Shown here piece by piece: positions 25,191 to 25,439 of a stretch of 25,439 nucleotides of DNA. The stretch's first letter is position 1; every line of letters starts with the position of its first letter. The position numbers and the translations under genes were made by a program. The DNA is taken from IMG/VR virus record IMGVR_UViG_3300021425_000172, positions 1-25,439 of that record, one strand, 5' to 3'. Origin of the DNA: a virus (taxonomy: Duplodnaviria; Caudoviricetes). The notes beneath the pieces are model-generated. The model did not search any database and was not told where the DNA came from. It saw only the letters and a program-made list of their open reading frames with translations.

Positions 25191-25312
25191 GTATGACTTC
25201 AAGTTCAAGTTAAAATTAATTGTTTAATATCACTTGTTAGTTTGAGCGATAGCAAACATGAGCTCTGATAAGAGCGAATACACTTAACGCAGTTAAGTGT
25301 CTTGATTGTTTG

Positions 25313-25439
25313 TGATAATAACAATCTTGTGTAAATATGCTTGCAAGGAGTAAAATTATGTTGATTGAATATGTTGCTGATCTCAAACAAGATCTTGAAC
25401 TTGAACAGTTGATTGATGAAAATCTCATAGATGAATGGT
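25313..25439 (+). repeat. Terminal overlap, copy 2 (identical to 1-127)
   Basis: Exact match to bases 1-127. Confidence 0.97.

Larger units (their letters stand above)
1..25312 (+). mobile_element. Complete small tailed phage genome (siphovirus-type morphogenesis module), possibly a helper-dependent satellite phage
   Basis: Terminal 127-bp overlap indicates circular assembly. Terminase-portal-scaffold-capsid-tail-tape measure-fibre synteny, all on one strand, with no host genes. Confidence 0.95.

Noticed and set aside
25261-25300. Hammerhead ribozyme (CTGATAAG...GAA)
   Set aside because: The core deviates from CUGANGA/GAAA, and the bases are taken up in a simple GCTCT/AGAGC hairpin.
1-25312. 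Alternative genetic code (stop-codon reassignment)
   Set aside because: Genes tile densely under the standard bacterial code, and TAA, TGA and TAG all end ORFs at sensible junctions.
190-25428. All minus-strand ORFs in the supplied track
   Set aside because: They are short shadows of + strand genes or of the structured tract, with no convincing RBS or motifs.
25313-25439. 127-bp terminal repeat as a biological direct terminal repeat
   Set aside because: The length equals a common assembler k-mer and the repeat cuts through a hairpin and an ORF, so it is best read as circular-assembly overlap.

Overview
The window is a complete, circularly assembled genome of a small AT-rich tailed phage. 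The unit length is 25,312 bp, because bases 1-127 recur exactly at 25313-25439. All credible genes are on the + strand. About 90% of the genome is a siphovirus-type virion module: terminase, portal, scaffold, a small major capsid protein, neck and tail tube, a tail chaperone with a -1 slippery site, tape measure, a split tail-tip gene, a beta-propeller, two paralogous fibres and a lectin. I recognise no polymerase, helicase, primase, integrase, repressor, sigma factor or endolysin. Transcription units are preceded by the T4-type late-promoter motif (A/C/T/G)TAAATA, although no gp55-like sigma is encoded. My best hypothesis (inference) is a virion-complete, replication-less satellite of a T4-like myovirus. 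The most striking unexplained structure is two cassettes with the same layout: promoter, small structured non-coding RNA, terminator, sigma70 promoter with an associated ATAAATA, orphan gene. Single-stranded parts of each RNA are complementary to the RBS/start region of the downstream gene, and one further loop is antisense to a start region I could not find in this genome. A ~480-nt highly structured tract spans the circular junction. Protein calls rest on motifs and synteny read by eye; no database searches were run.
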